A stretch of 64,000 bases of DNA from a virus. The position numbers were made by a program, and so were the translations under genes. The DNA lies in IMG/VR virus record IMGVR_UViG_3300047089_000152, positions 40,151 to 104,150 of that record, one strand, 5' to 3'. How positions within the stretch are numbered: the stretch's first letter is position 1; every line of letters starts with the position of its first letter. Below the pieces are notes generated by a model. It was given only the letters and a program-made list of their open reading frames with translations, had not been told where the DNA came from and did no database searches. Below, one piece after another: positions 27,253 through 37,356 of this stretch.

Positions 27253-27255
27253 TTC

Positions 27256-27864
27256 TTAGCTCTCTCCGTAGAGTTTCGCATAGTTCGTAATGACCGTGTT
27301 ACCCGCTGTCGCTGCACCGAGAGACAGGGCGGGCCACAGCGTGTACGACTGGCTGGTGTCGTAGGTGGCAAATGTGGACGTGCCCGCAGGACCCGGCATC
27401 AGGACCGTGTTGGTTGCTACGACGTTGTACGCGGCGGTGACGAACGCATTGGAGATGTACCGGCCGAACGTCACCAGGGTACTGCCCGTACCGAGCGCCA
27501 GGGTTCGTATCCCGATGTTGATAATGGCATCCCACGCCACGGTGGTCGCGGCCTGCCCGGGGGTGAAAATTGCTGTGCTACCCAGCGTGCTCGTCGTGGC
27601 GAACGCAGGGTTAGCGACCAGCGGTGTGGTGTATAGGAAAAACTGCCACGTCGGAATTGTCGCTGTCGCTGTCGCTGTCCCGCCCATTTCGAGTTTCAGC
27701 GACGATGACCAGCTGCCCACCTTGTCGAAGTACCCGGCGGGGATGATGATCGGCGGGTATGTCAGGATCATGGATGAGCCCGGCGTGGTCGTCGGTGAGG
27801 ACACCGTGGCCGCTCCGAAGAAAGCGTACAGCAGCTCGACGCCGACAGGCTTGTAACCGGACAT
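27256..27864 (-). CDS. putative virion structural protein
   Basis: Thr/Ala-rich beta protein; RBS GAAGGGA. Confidence 0.65.
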   Translation of the reverse strand: MSGYKPVGVELLYAFFGAATVSSPTTTPGSSMILTYPPIIIPAGYFDKVGSWSSSLKLEMGGTATATATIPTWQFFLYTTPLVANPAFATTSTLGSTAIFTPGQAATTVAWDAIINIGIRTLALGTGSTLVTFGRYISNAFVTAAYNVVATNTVLMPGPAGTSTFATYDTSQSYTLWPALSLGAATAGNTVITNYAKLYGES

Positions 27865-27877
27865 TCAGTGTCCCTTC

Positions 27878-28348
27878 TTACTCGTGCCAGCTCAGGTTGA
27901 ACGCCAGGTTCGGGGACACCCCGGCCGTGGTCGAAGCCCGCACACCAGTCCACACGTTCGCCCCGGACACAAGGTAATCCTCACGGGACAGCGGCCACTG
28001 TATCAGCACCCCCCCGGTCGGGGGCAGATACCACGTCTTCGTGACGACCGGGCCAGTATTAGCCCCGGGCGTGATAGGCGGCACCCACGCGATCATGGTG
28101 GCCGCGACCGCCTGCGCAGCCGCGGACAACCTGTTCGGTGTGTACGTCGTGTTGGTCGGGGGACCAGCCGTGTACCGGACCAGGTCGATCTTCACGCCCT
28201 GCGCCGGGGTGGACGCGTCCATCGTGACATCCAGCCACGTGATAATCGCGTCGCTAGTAGAACCGGCGGACACCACGGCGCAGACAAGCTGGTTCGCGGT
28301 GTTCGCAGTCAGCGCCAGCGACCCCGTGATCCCGTAGATGGCACCCAT
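27878..28348 (-). CDS. putative virion structural protein
   Basis: coupled to the upstream gene; composition similar to 28654-29169. Confidence 0.65.
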   Translation of the reverse strand: MGAIYGITGSLALTANTANQLVCAVVSAGSTSDAIITWLDVTMDASTPAQGVKIDLVRYTAGPPTNTTYTPNRLSAAAQAVAATMIAWVPPITPGANTGPVVTKTWYLPPTGGVLIQWPLSREDYLVSGANVWTGVRASTTAGVSPNLAFNLSWHE

Positions 28349-28614
28349 CAGGCGCTCGCACCCCACACAAGGAGCCAGCCAGCATCAGCAGCCAGCCCCG
28401 CCGGGATCGTCAGGACCGTCCCGGTGATCGTGATGAACGCAGCCGTGCCGATCACCGTCGCACCCATGATGAACGCCTGCTTCGGGGAAGAAAAATCAGC
28501 CGACAAGTCGACAGTGTCAGCGCTAGTGACCTTCCGCAGCGCATACAGGCAGCACCGGTCCGCTTCCCCGCTGGAGAACGCCTTGACGACCTGCGAGCCA
28601 GTCAGAACAGCCAT
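28348..28614 (-). CDS. hypothetical protein
   Basis: ORF with RBS. Confidence 0.6.
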   Translation of the reverse strand: MAVLTGSQVVKAFSSGEADRCCLYALRKVTSADTVDLSADFSSPKQAFIMGATVIGTAAFITITGTVLTIPAGLAADAGWLLVWGASA

Positions 28615-28653
28615 CGCGTACCCCTCTCGTTTCTCGGAACCGCGCGGAAAGGG

Positions 28654-29169
28654 TTACTCGGTGAACTCGATTTCCCCGGTGAACGTCGTAGCCGTGCCCG
28701 CCGAGGACGCGGTGACGAAAATCCCGAACTGGGTCGAGATCGGGATGTTGATCTCAAAGCTGGGCGTCACCCATTCACCCCAGTTGGAGCCCGCGGTGAA
28801 CGGCACCGGCTGCGACCACCATTCCGTGGTCGCAGTCAGGCCAGTGATCGCCGCGGCTGACGTGCCACCAGCAGTGAAAAACGTCGTAGCCGCGGCACGT
28901 GCGACACCGGACAGCTGCTTAGCGACGGCTGCCTGACCACCCGCCTGCGCGCCGGTGTTCGTGTTGATGGAGAACACGACGGAGGCGTTCGCAGGGAACG
29001 AAGCAGCACCCATCACGCCACAGCGGATCGCGGAAATGTTACAGTCAACAGTCGCCGTGGTCACCCCGTACAAGATCGGGATCGGGGTCGCCACCGTGGA
29101 GGTAGCACCGGTAGGAAGCCACGTCGACGTGTCGAAAACGCCGATCTTGTAAGCGCGCGCAACAGCCAT
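28654..29169 (-). CDS. putative virion structural protein
   Basis: RBS AGGAG; Thr/Ala-rich. Confidence 0.65.
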   Translation of the reverse strand: MAVARAYKIGVFDTSTWLPTGATSTVATPIPILYGVTTATVDCNISAIRCGVMGAASFPANASVVFSINTNTGAQAGGQAAVAKQLSGVARAAATTFFTAGGTSAAAITGLTATTEWWSQPVPFTAGSNWGEWVTPSFEINIPISTQFGIFVTASSAGTATTFTGEIEFTE

Positions 29170-29228
29170 CTTGTTCTCCTACTAGGTGGTTCCGAGCAGA
29201 TGGCAACCGCCATGCCGCCGTTTTAGTG

Positions 29229-29747
29229 TCAGACCGTGACGTTGAACACGGCTGTGACAGCCCCGCCAGCTGGCGTAGGCCAAAGGATCGTGAAAGTCCC
29301 CGCGGTGACACCCTGAGCCCCGCCGAAGTAGTTGAAGCACAAACCCTGCTTCGCGACCGTGCCCGCGGTGATCGTGGAGTCGTACACGAAACACCCGAAC
29401 ACGTTCGCGAGGGTGACGTTACCGCCACCGGCGAGGTTCGCCCCGCTGAAACAGACCGACGAGGAGCCCGTGTCAATCGCGAACGTCTTCGTGCCCAGCG
29501 CCCGGCCGCCGGAAACCCAGTTGGTTACGTCGGTGACCTCGTTGGTGGTCGTCCAAGTCCCGGTGTTGAAACCGGTCGAGCCGACCGCGGCTGTCTTGTC
29601 CGGGGCTGTCGTGTTGTTGAACAGGGCCACGTTGATCGTGTCAGCGCTCAGGTTCGCGAATGTGGTCGGCGCGGCGGTCGTCCACAACCTGCCGAGCATC
29701 GGGTTGAGCATCGCCTGCTGGAAGATGCCGCTCACGGTCCAGGCCAC
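29229..29747 (-). CDS. putative virion structural protein
   Basis: ADTINVALF...GGRALG...GTFTILW; GTG start after GAGGAG. Confidence 0.7.
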   Translation of the reverse strand: MAWTVSGIFQQAMLNPMLGRLWTTAAPTTFANLSADTINVALFNNTTAPDKTAAVGSTGFNTGTWTTTNEVTDVTNWVSGGRALGTKTFAIDTGSSSVCFSGANLAGGGNVTLANVFGCFVYDSTITAGTVAKQGLCFNYFGGAQGVTAGTFTILWPTPAGGAVTAVFNVTV

Positions 29748-29885
29748 GTCACTCCTCGTCTTCCTGTTCGGGGGGTGGTGGCACGCCGCCGGTCGCTGTG
29801 GCGAGCTGAGCCTGAACCATGACACCCGGCGTGTGCGTTTCCCCGGTGTCCCCGCCGTATTCGTGGGTGACTTCGGGTAGTTCAC

Positions 29886-30218
29886 TCACCGGGCGTCTCC
29901 TAGCCGGGCCTGCGCGAGCCCTGCGTTGACCGCCACGTCCGTTCCGTCGCGTCTGGTGGTCCGGACCGCCATGTACGGTTTCCCGTCGTCTCCGCGCGAC
30001 TGGACCTCACAGGCGAGGTAGTCGGCGCGTTCAACCGCCTCAACCTTGCAGTCGGTGCCCACCCGGACCAGGGGGGCTGTCAGCGCGTGCAGACCCGGGC
30101 AGGTGTGGAACCGGGACCCGTTCGGTGGCAGCGCCGGGGTCCGCTCAGTCAGGTCACAGTTCGGGCAGAACCAGTCATCGAACGTGCGGAGCAGCGGGAC
30201 GGTCACAACCGCAGCCAC
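29886..30218 (-). CDS. hypothetical Cys-containing protein
   Basis: WFCPNC...FHTC. Confidence 0.6.
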   Translation of the reverse strand: MAAVVTVPLLRTFDDWFCPNCDLTERTPALPPNGSRFHTCPGLHALTAPLVRVGTDCKVEAVERADYLACEVQSRGDDGKPYMAVRTTRRDGTDVAVNAGLAQARLGDAR

Positions 30219-30733
30219 ACACCCCGCCGCGACTCCCAGTCATCCGTGACAACCAGGTACTTCTCCGCTGGCGGCTGGGTTTCCAGGTTCATGCAGATGA
30301 TCACCGCGCCACGGCGCACCTTGGAATACACCAGCCGTTCCAGGTCACGTTGCACCTCACGGTCCCGGAACGGCCGGTTGAAAAACACGATGTCGAACTT
30401 GCCGTAAGCCTGGAAATCAAACGCGTCACACTCCGCCACGTTCAAGCCCTGCCCCTTAGCGGCCTGCACGAACTCCGCGACCCGGTCGAACCCCGTCACA
30501 TCCAAGCCGAACAGGTCCCGGGCCAGCATCATCTTCGTACCCGGGCCGCACCCGACCTCAAGGAACCCCGCACCCGGAGCCTCCGCGATCGCCTCGATCA
30601 GCAGCACCAGGTACTGCGCCACATCCGAAGGCATCCACCCGGCGAACATTTTCTCGTCGCCGATATCAACCTTCTTCTGCCATTCCCGTTCGATCTGCCG
30701 GACGCTGGTCAGCAGGCCACGAACGTCGCTCAT
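30203..30733 (-). CDS. class I SAM-dependent methyltransferase
   Basis: FLEVGCGPG motif I; FDIVFFNRPF. Confidence 0.85.
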   Translation of the reverse strand: MSDVRGLLTSVRQIEREWQKKVDIGDEKMFAGWMPSDVAQYLVLLIEAIAEAPGAGFLEVGCGPGTKMMLARDLFGLDVTGFDRVAEFVQAAKGQGLNVAECDAFDFQAYGKFDIVFFNRPFRDREVQRDLERLVYSKVRRGAVIICMNLETQPPAEKYLVVTDDWESRRGVWLRL

Positions 30734-30863
30734 TCCGCGTTACCCTCCGGGGTGCCGTACCTGTCCTTGATGTACGCGATCATCACCGCGATCTGCGCTG
30801 ACCTAGCCGCCGCTTCACCCGACACGTGCCATTCCCCTGGCTGTTCCCCGCCACGGGTCTCGG

Positions 30864-31877
30864 TCACCGGAACAGGTTCTGGTACGTGGTCTCCCACAGC
30901 TTCCAGCCCTCCTCTATGGTGTACTGCCGGGCCTGTTCACGGGCCGCCGCGCCCATCTTCTCCCGCAGCGAATCATCGGAGGCCAGCTCCGACATGTAAC
31001 CCAGCCATTCGTGGTCCCGTTTCACCAGGAACCCCGTCTCGCCGTGCTTCACGAAATCACGGTACGGATGCCAGTCCGACGCGATCACCGGGATACCCAG
31101 CGCCCCGTACTCCAGCGCTTTCAGGTACGACTTGGACGCGTTAAACCGGGTAGGCGCGACCGGGGCCAGGCCGATGTCCCAGTCCGGGGACGTGTAAAAC
31201 CCCCGCGGGTTATCAGTGACATGCACCCACGGGGTGAACACCACCCGGCCCCCAGCCTTGAACGTCGGCCGGTAATCAGTGCCGCCCAACCGCAGGTCCC
31301 AACCGGGGAACCGTTTCAGGAAACGGCGGACCGCGGGTGACACCAGTCCCACATCCGCGCCGTGAGAAGCACCACCAGCCCACCCGACCGCAGGACGTTC
31401 CCGCCGTTTCCGCGGATAGTCACACACCCATGCGGGGATGTGGTTCGGCAAGACCACGACGTTACTGTTGTACTCCGACAGGACCTCCGCCAGCGGCTCC
31501 GTGGAACACGTCACCACATCAGAAACTTCCACCGCGTGGATGGCCGCGTCCAGAATGTCCGGGCGCTGCCACATGTGGTATGCGACGAAATTCTCCGGGG
31601 TGACATGGAACACGTCGTCGTCCAGCTCATACACCAGCCGGGTAGCGGGCGTGCGGGCGTCCCGGAAAATATGCACCCCACCCGGCTTGTTGAACCTCTG
31701 CCCCACGATCACGTCATGCCCGGCCATCGACGTGGCGTTGATTCCCACCCCGCCGTCGTCGACGCTCCCAGACGTTGTCGTCACGTCGTAGCCGTGCGCT
31801 GCGAACTGCTCCATCGGCAGGATCATCCGGTACCAGGCACACCCAGAACCACCGTCGTGACCCGCGAAGATCCTCAC
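30864..31877 (-). CDS. GT4-like glycosyltransferase
   Basis: DIGLAP...FNASKSYLKALEYGALGIPVIASD...HGETGFLV. Confidence 0.9.
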   Translation of the reverse strand: MRIFAGHDGGSGCAWYRMILPMEQFAAHGYDVTTTSGSVDDGGVGINATSMAGHDVIVGQRFNKPGGVHIFRDARTPATRLVYELDDDVFHVTPENFVAYHMWQRPDILDAAIHAVEVSDVVTCSTEPLAEVLSEYNSNVVVLPNHIPAWVCDYPRKRRERPAVGWAGGASHGADVGLVSPAVRRFLKRFPGWDLRLGGTDYRPTFKAGGRVVFTPWVHVTDNPRGFYTSPDWDIGLAPVAPTRFNASKSYLKALEYGALGIPVIASDWHPYRDFVKHGETGFLVKRDHEWLGYMSELASDDSLREKMGAAAREQARQYTIEEGWKLWETTYQNLFR

Positions 31878-32043
31878 TCCCCGTCAGTGTCCTTCCACCA
31901 GTGGTTATTCTCGCATTCATAGTAAGGCTGCTCGGTATTGTCGTCCTGGCTCGTCGCTGTCGGGGGAAGACCGCACGACGGGCACACAGACACGACGCTA
32001 GTCCTTCGGCTTCTTAGGCTTAGGCTTCTTCTTCAAGATCTGC

Positions 32044-32268
32044 TTACCCACGCTGCCCCTCCTGCGCCTCGGCTATGGTGTACCTCACGTAGGACTCGTC
32101 CAAGCCCACGTCAATACCAGCCTGGGCGACCTTCGCCACCTCAGCCGGTGGCAGCCCAGACTCAGCCGCGGTCGAAGCAGCCCAGAAAAACCCCTTATGC
32201 CGCTCCCCCACGGGCAGCCCCGCCACGAACGCGGCGAGACCATCCGCGTTACGCGCCGGCGTCGTCAT
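32044..32268 (-). CDS. hypothetical protein
   Basis: ORF overlapping the upstream stop. Confidence 0.55.
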   Translation of the reverse strand: MTTPARNADGLAAFVAGLPVGERHKGFFWAASTAAESGLPPAEVAKVAQAGIDVGLDESYVRYTIAEAQEGQRG

Positions 32269-32869
32269 CCGGTACCAGACCCCAGGCCAGGCAGCCGATC
32301 ACGTCGGTGACCCCGAACTCATCCGCGACACCCGTGATCTCAAACCCCGGGTGTCCCGTGCTACCCGACCGGCCATAGTCGTGGAACGCTATCCACCCGC
32401 CCGGCTTCACCAGCATCAAAGCCAGCCCCAGATCGCGGGTCACGGACTCCGCGGAATGGTGACCGTCCAGGAAAGCACCGTCGACCCGGACGCCGTTAGC
32501 GGCCAGCTTCGGGACCTCTTCCTCGAACCGGCCCCGGATCGCGACAACCCTGTCGTCAACCTTGTAACCGATCAGGTTCGCGATGAAACCGTCCCACGTT
32601 TCGTACGGCCCGGCATGGTCATCGCCCATGTGCCAGTCGACGGAGTAGACCTTCTCAGCGACGCTGGCCATAACGATCGTGGAGTAGCCGTAAAACGAAC
32701 CCAGCTCCAGGACCGTGCACCCCGCGGCGAGGCGGGCCAGCTCCGCAGCCTCCGTGATAGTGACCGCGGACTGGAGGCCCCCGGCGGGGAAGATCGGGGT
32801 CCGGTCAGATTCCCCACGTGCTGCGGCCCGCCACCGTCCAGTACGAGATACCCGGTTCGGCGTGCTCAT
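32249..32869 (-). CDS. Methyltransf_24-like O-methyltransferase
   Basis: VLELGSFYGYST, FLDGHHS, LVKPGGWIAFHDY; start uncertain. Confidence 0.8.
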   Translation of the reverse strand: MSTPNRVSRTGRWRAAARGESDRTPIFPAGGLQSAVTITEAAELARLAAGCTVLELGSFYGYSTIVMASVAEKVYSVDWHMGDDHAGPYETWDGFIANLIGYKVDDRVVAIRGRFEEEVPKLAANGVRVDGAFLDGHHSAESVTRDLGLALMLVKPGGWIAFHDYGRSGSTGHPGFEITGVADEFGVTDVIGCLAWGLVPDDDAGA

Positions 32870-33476
32870 GGTACCAGCGTAGCTCCTCATCCAAGTCGGA
32901 GTAATCCTCGTACCAGGCGACGTGATCCGCGACGTACGGGTGCCCCGTGCGGATCGCGGACAGCGTGATGTCGAATCCTTCTTGCAACGGCCGGTACATC
33001 GCCAGGGTCGTGTCGACCGGGGCCTTGTACACACCGTCATCCAGGGGGGTGTCCCAGAATTGCTGTTCCCACTTCAGCACGTGGTCCTTGCGCTGGTACG
33101 TATCAGGGATGCGGTCCAGTCGCAATCCCATCCCAGCTTTGCCGTACTCCGGGTAGGCGTCCAGCAGCCGGTACAGCCTGTCGGGCCAGTCCAGCGGGCA
33201 GTCATCAGACGGGATCACGTCACAGTCGGTGACCACGTACAGGTCGTCGCTGCACAACTGGCGGAACGGCTCCCAGCCCCACAGGCTCCTCGGGTGGCCG
33301 CCACCGTGGAGCAGTATCTCCACCCCCGCAGCGTTCATCGCTTTCAGCCAGTCCCCCGCGAGGGGCCAGCTGGATCCCATGTCGATGATGACAGGTTTCA
33401 GTCCGGCTTCGGTCATCGCGGTCAGGCACAGGTGGGCGTATGTCACACGGTCCCGGCAGATAATGAAGGCGCGCAT
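32805..33476 (-). CDS. GT-A fold glycosyltransferase
   Basis: IIDMGS, YVVTDCDV (DxD), APVDTTLAMY; TACAAT 6 nt before ATG. Confidence 0.75.
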   Translation of the reverse strand: MRAFIICRDRVTYAHLCLTAMTEAGLKPVIIDMGSSWPLAGDWLKAMNAAGVEILLHGGGHPRSLWGWEPFRQLCSDDLYVVTDCDVIPSDDCPLDWPDRLYRLLDAYPEYGKAGMGLRLDRIPDTYQRKDHVLKWEQQFWDTPLDDGVYKAPVDTTLAMYRPLQEGFDITLSAIRTGHPYVADHVAWYEDYSDLDEELRWYHEHAEPGISYWTVAGRSTWGI

Positions 33477-34101
33477 ACCGGCATTGTAAGCGGAACACGG
33501 ACGGATAGACATCGCTGGTTTCCGCGTCGACGTTCGCGTACTTCACTCCAGCGTCAAGCCACTTCTCCACCAGGTTCCAGTCTTCAATCCAGCTTGGCGG
33601 TCCCCACGTCCCGTATTCCAGCGTCGACCTGCGGTGCATGATCATCGGTGAACCAAGATTCCCGCAGGCCAGCGGGCCCCAGCCGAGCACGGTCTGATGG
33701 GCGTGGTGGGATACCATCCTGGATACCGCGAATCCCGCTTCCGGGTCCGCTTCCAACGCGGCGACCAGCAGCGAGCAGTGTTCCGGGCGCAAAGCGTCGT
33801 CATCGTCGCAGTAGGTGATGTACTCGCCTGCTGCGGCTTCGACCCCGTGGACCCGCGCCCAGTGGCCGTAGTTTTCTTGTTCGTTGGTGACGTGGTAGTC
33901 CATCTGGTAGTACGCAAGGTTCCGCCACCCGGCCAGCCACGGCTTGCGGAGCTGCCCGCCGAGTATCTCGTCGGGCCCGTCGGAGACCACGATGTGTTCC
34001 ACAGCCGGGTATGTCTGGGCTTGCACAGCGGGGACGCACCGGCCGAGGAGCAGTTCATGCCTGCGCCACGTCGGGGTGATCACTGAGACCAGAGGGATCA
34101 T
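33220..34101 (-). CDS. GT2 glycosyltransferase
   Basis: VSVITPTW, IVVSDG, YCDDDD, EDW; long C-terminal overlap with the next gene. Confidence 0.85.
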   Translation of the reverse strand: MIPLVSVITPTWRRHELLLGRCVPAVQAQTYPAVEHIVVSDGPDEILGGQLRKPWLAGWRNLAYYQMDYHVTNEQENYGHWARVHGVEAAAGEYITYCDDDDALRPEHCSLLVAALEADPEAGFAVSRMVSHHAHQTVLGWGPLACGNLGSPMIMHRRSTLEYGTWGPPSWIEDWNLVEKWLDAGVKYANVDAETSDVYPSVFRLQCRYARLHYLPGPCDIRPPVPDRDDRSRTETCHHRHGIQLAPRGGLAESDERCGGGDTAPRWRPPEEPVGLGAVPPVVQRRPVRGHRL

Positions 34102-34760
34102 GCCAGGGATGCTAGCAGCCGTGGCAGGTCTGCGGGCCACTGATTGTTCAGGAACTGGGAGTAGGCGATCTCATCCCGTGAGTACGCTTCGATGCAGTTG
34201 GCCTTCTCGTATCCCAGGTCCCATGCGCCTTTACCGGCGGAGGGGTGCATGTGTTCCATGATCACCCCGGGGCAGTATGCGAGGTGGGTTGCCTGCCCGA
34301 GGACCTTCCAGAAACAATCCTGGTACAGGTGCTCAACATTAGGCGGGACCATGTAACCCAGTCCGAGGATCAGGTTGGATGTCATGACGCACGCGGTCGG
34401 GACTTTCGCGGACTGGAACAGGTCATCCCCGTACGACACGCCCGGCCACCCGCCCAGCGCCGCGGTCAGGATCACATCCCACTTAGGTGTCCTGGGACGG
34501 TGGTCGTCGCCGAGGAAACCGATGAACTCGTACTTCGGGGCGTATTCCACGGCGAGCACGTTGATGATCCGGCCCAGGCCGCGGGGTTCGGAAAGAACCC
34601 GCACGTCACCTGCTTCAAGATAGCCGGGTAGTTCCGGGTCGTCGTCGTCGACAGCGACCAGCAGCTCAGCGTCGACGGTCACATCCCCCCACGTTTCGCG
34701 GAGCTGCTTGATGTTACCGGGCCGGCCCCGGGAAGGGCACAGCATCAAGGTGCTAGCCAC
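34098..34760 (-). CDS. GT2-like glycosyltransferase
   Basis: PSRGRP, VDDDDP, FLGDDH, EHMHP. Confidence 0.8.
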   Translation of the reverse strand: MASTLMLCPSRGRPGNIKQLRETWGDVTVDAELLVAVDDDDPELPGYLEAGDVRVLSEPRGLGRIINVLAVEYAPKYEFIGFLGDDHRPRTPKWDVILTAALGGWPGVSYGDDLFQSAKVPTACVMTSNLILGLGYMVPPNVEHLYQDCFWKVLGQATHLAYCPGVIMEHMHPSAGKGAWDLGYEKANCIEAYSRDEIAYSQFLNNQWPADLPRLLASLA

Positions 34761-36090
34761 GGATACCCTCGGGGACGCGGATTGTACCCAGCCCGTAGAA
34801 CGGCCGTCCTTCAGCGGGTGCGGGGCGTTCCGTCTGCCGTTCCCACGCAAGTCCCGTCTCGGCGCAGTAGTCGTCCAGCGCCGCGGCTACAGGGAAGTCG
34901 GGGCCGCCCGCTACCTGCGCGACCCACGGGGCACCCATCACGTAGTCGCCCTTGGACAGCTCCGGGTCGTGACACAGGATCGTGCCGCCCGGTTTGACGC
35001 GGGGCGCGTACCGTCGCAGCTCAGCCATCGTATGGTCGTAGGTGTGGGACGTGTCGATGAAAAGCACGTCCAGCACGCCGGGGATGAAATCGGCTGCTTC
35101 TTCGCTCATGTCGTCGCCCGGCAAGAACGACCATAGCTCAGTGTCAGCCCACCAGGGCGGCACCATCACCGGGCCGATGTCCATGCTGTACACGTGCCCG
35201 CCGGTGGCGCTAGCACCGGCTAGGAGAGCGGAGGTTGACTGTCCCGTCCGGGTTCCCAGCTCCGCTACGACCGGCTTGTCATACTGGCGGACCGCTTCGC
35301 GGATCAGGGGCATCTGCTCTACGATGTCGGACCATTCGACCATACGAGCCTGGTATTCCGCTTCGAGTTCTTTATGCCACTTCAGGGCCATGGTGTCCTC
35401 TCGACGCCACCCGGTGTACGGCTCCCGGTGAAAAGCCTGGTCGTTCAGGTTCATGCTGGCGCGCCACCCGCCGCCACCTTCAACGTAAGTCTGGTCGGGC
35501 GGGAACCCGTTGATGTCCGGGCGGTCCTGGTGCACGTAAATACCGGGGTAGACCAGGACTCGCGCTTCCCGCCCCGCATACTCGAACCAGGTATCCAACG
35601 CTGGCAGCGGTGTCAGCCTCCCGACCGCACCCAGCGCGTCGGCGTGGACGGCAGGGAAACACGTCAGCCCCGGGTAGTTCCCGTCCAGGTAGGCGATGCT
35701 CCCCGGGGGCTGGGCGCGGAGCAGGTCATCCCACCCTTGCGTCTGCATGGTCGCGTCGTCGGACCACGTCGGGAGAAACCATTCCCCGGTCGCGCGTTCA
35801 CACAGAGCCGCCCAGTAATGCGCCGACCTCGCATACCCGTACCGTTCGGGCGACTCCCAGACAAGGTCGGCTTTCAGCTGGAACGCAGCCGCCGCGGTCG
35901 GGAGGTCGTCGGGGTCGCGGGCAACCAGGATTTCCAGCAGGTCCGGTCGTTTCGCTGCTTCCCGCAGCGACAGTATCGAAGCGGTCAGCCTGTCCGGGCG
36001 GCCCCGGGACGGTACCGTCACCGAGATCACCCCCGGCCGCCGCCGCGCCGGGGGGCACAGCCGCAGCGGGATCATCGGCTCGTCAGTCAC
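34753..36090 (-). CDS. fused GT2-like glycosyltransferase + Methyltransf_24
   Basis: N-terminal PSRGRP/WSDD; C-terminal ELGTRTGQST, LFIDTSHTY, VKPGG. Confidence 0.85.
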   Translation of the reverse strand: MTDEPMIPLRLCPPARRRPGVISVTVPSRGRPDRLTASILSLREAAKRPDLLEILVARDPDDLPTAAAAFQLKADLVWESPERYGYARSAHYWAALCERATGEWFLPTWSDDATMQTQGWDDLLRAQPPGSIAYLDGNYPGLTCFPAVHADALGAVGRLTPLPALDTWFEYAGREARVLVYPGIYVHQDRPDINGFPPDQTYVEGGGGWRASMNLNDQAFHREPYTGWRREDTMALKWHKELEAEYQARMVEWSDIVEQMPLIREAVRQYDKPVVAELGTRTGQSTSALLAGASATGGHVYSMDIGPVMVPPWWADTELWSFLPGDDMSEEAADFIPGVLDVLFIDTSHTYDHTMAELRRYAPRVKPGGTILCHDPELSKGDYVMGAPWVAQVAGGPDFPVAAALDDYCAETGLAWERQTERPAPAEGRPFYGLGTIRVPEGIRG

Positions 36091-37237
36091 GGACAATCCT
36101 CGGTTCGGGTAGCGGCACGATGAACGTGCCCGTGTACCCGCGTTTACGCAGCACCGGTATCAGGCCGCCCGCGATGTCCCACGCCAGGATCAGCGCGTGG
36201 GGTGGCTGATCGGTGAACAGCCGTTCCTCATCCACGATCGGCACGTCCGTGCCGGGGATGACAGCCCCGATCTTCTCACTACCGGCAATCTCACACGCGC
36301 ACGTCAGGTACCTGGCTATGTTCGCGTAGTTGATTAGCGGGGTGGCGCGGGTCGGGGCGGTGACGGCGTAGACCGGGCCGTCTTCCGCGGCCCGCTCCAG
36401 TATTTTGTTCAACGCCAAAGCCAAATAGCCTGCGCGTTCTTCAAGGTCTGCTTTTTCCCACCGGGCAACCACGCGGAACGAACCACCGTGCATCCCGATC
36501 CGGTTCCAGGACACCACCAGCAGCCCATGCTGTGCCAGCAGCCACGACAGGGAAGCCGGCGAGAAATACCGCAGGTGCTCATGGTAGATCGTGTCGATCT
36601 GAAGGTCCTGGACGACGTTGTGCCAGTCCTGGTTGTCGATGATCAGCGTCCCGTCAGGGGCGAGTAGTTCTTCCACCCCGTCCAGGAAATCGTGCGGGTC
36701 ACCGACGTGCCCGAACACGTTCGACGCGGTGATCACCTTCGCGACCCCGTGCTCCTCGGCTATCTCCGCGGCCAGCCTGTCAGTGAAATATGCCTGGACC
36801 ACTTTGATTGACGTGTCGTCGCACCGTTTCGCCTGGTCCGTCGGTTCGATTAGCATCAGCCGCGGTTCGGGGTCGATCTTACGCAACGCCCGTAGCATCG
36901 TCCCGTCGTTACCGCCGATGTCGATGACAAGATCACCCGGCATCACCAGATCCGAAACCGCGCGGGCCTGTTCAGCGAAATGGTCCCGCAGCGCCCCCGT
37001 GTTCCCCGTGATGTACGGGTAGTCGGCGGGGAAACGTTCTTTCTCCAGCACGATGTAGTCCAGCTGGACCAGGGTGCACCGCCCGCAGCGGACCAGCCGC
37101 AGCGGGTACCGGCGGGACGTGTCCTTGCCGGGCATCGCCTGTGGTAGCGGCTGCTCCCCCATGTCCAGGACCGGGCCCAGGTAAGGGCTGCCACACGACC
37201 CGCACTCGGTGACCGGTCCCTCATGCACGGTCCGCAC
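36083..37237 (-). CDS. NDP-hexose C-methyltransferase (Methyltransf_13/14; TylC3/EryBIII-like)
   Basis: CGSCGS zinc site, LDMGEQPL, CxxCTLVQL, DIGGNDG, DTIYHEHLRYFS, terminal VPLP. Confidence 0.9.
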   Translation of the reverse strand: MRTVHEGPVTECGSCGSPYLGPVLDMGEQPLPQAMPGKDTSRRYPLRLVRCGRCTLVQLDYIVLEKERFPADYPYITGNTGALRDHFAEQARAVSDLVMPGDLVIDIGGNDGTMLRALRKIDPEPRLMLIEPTDQAKRCDDTSIKVVQAYFTDRLAAEIAEEHGVAKVITASNVFGHVGDPHDFLDGVEELLAPDGTLIIDNQDWHNVVQDLQIDTIYHEHLRYFSPASLSWLLAQHGLLVVSWNRIGMHGGSFRVVARWEKADLEERAGYLALALNKILERAAEDGPVYAVTAPTRATPLINYANIARYLTCACEIAGSEKIGAVIPGTDVPIVDEERLFTDQPPHALILAWDIAGGLIPVLRKRGYTGTFIVPLPEPRIVRD

Positions 37238-37356
37238 CCCGCAAATCTGCCAGCATCTCCGCGATCTCGCGCCGCTCCACGCCGGTATCTGTTGCGTAAC
37301 TCAGCTGCGACAGAGCCAGCCTGGCTATCGTAACCTGTCGACAATCCCAGATCAGG

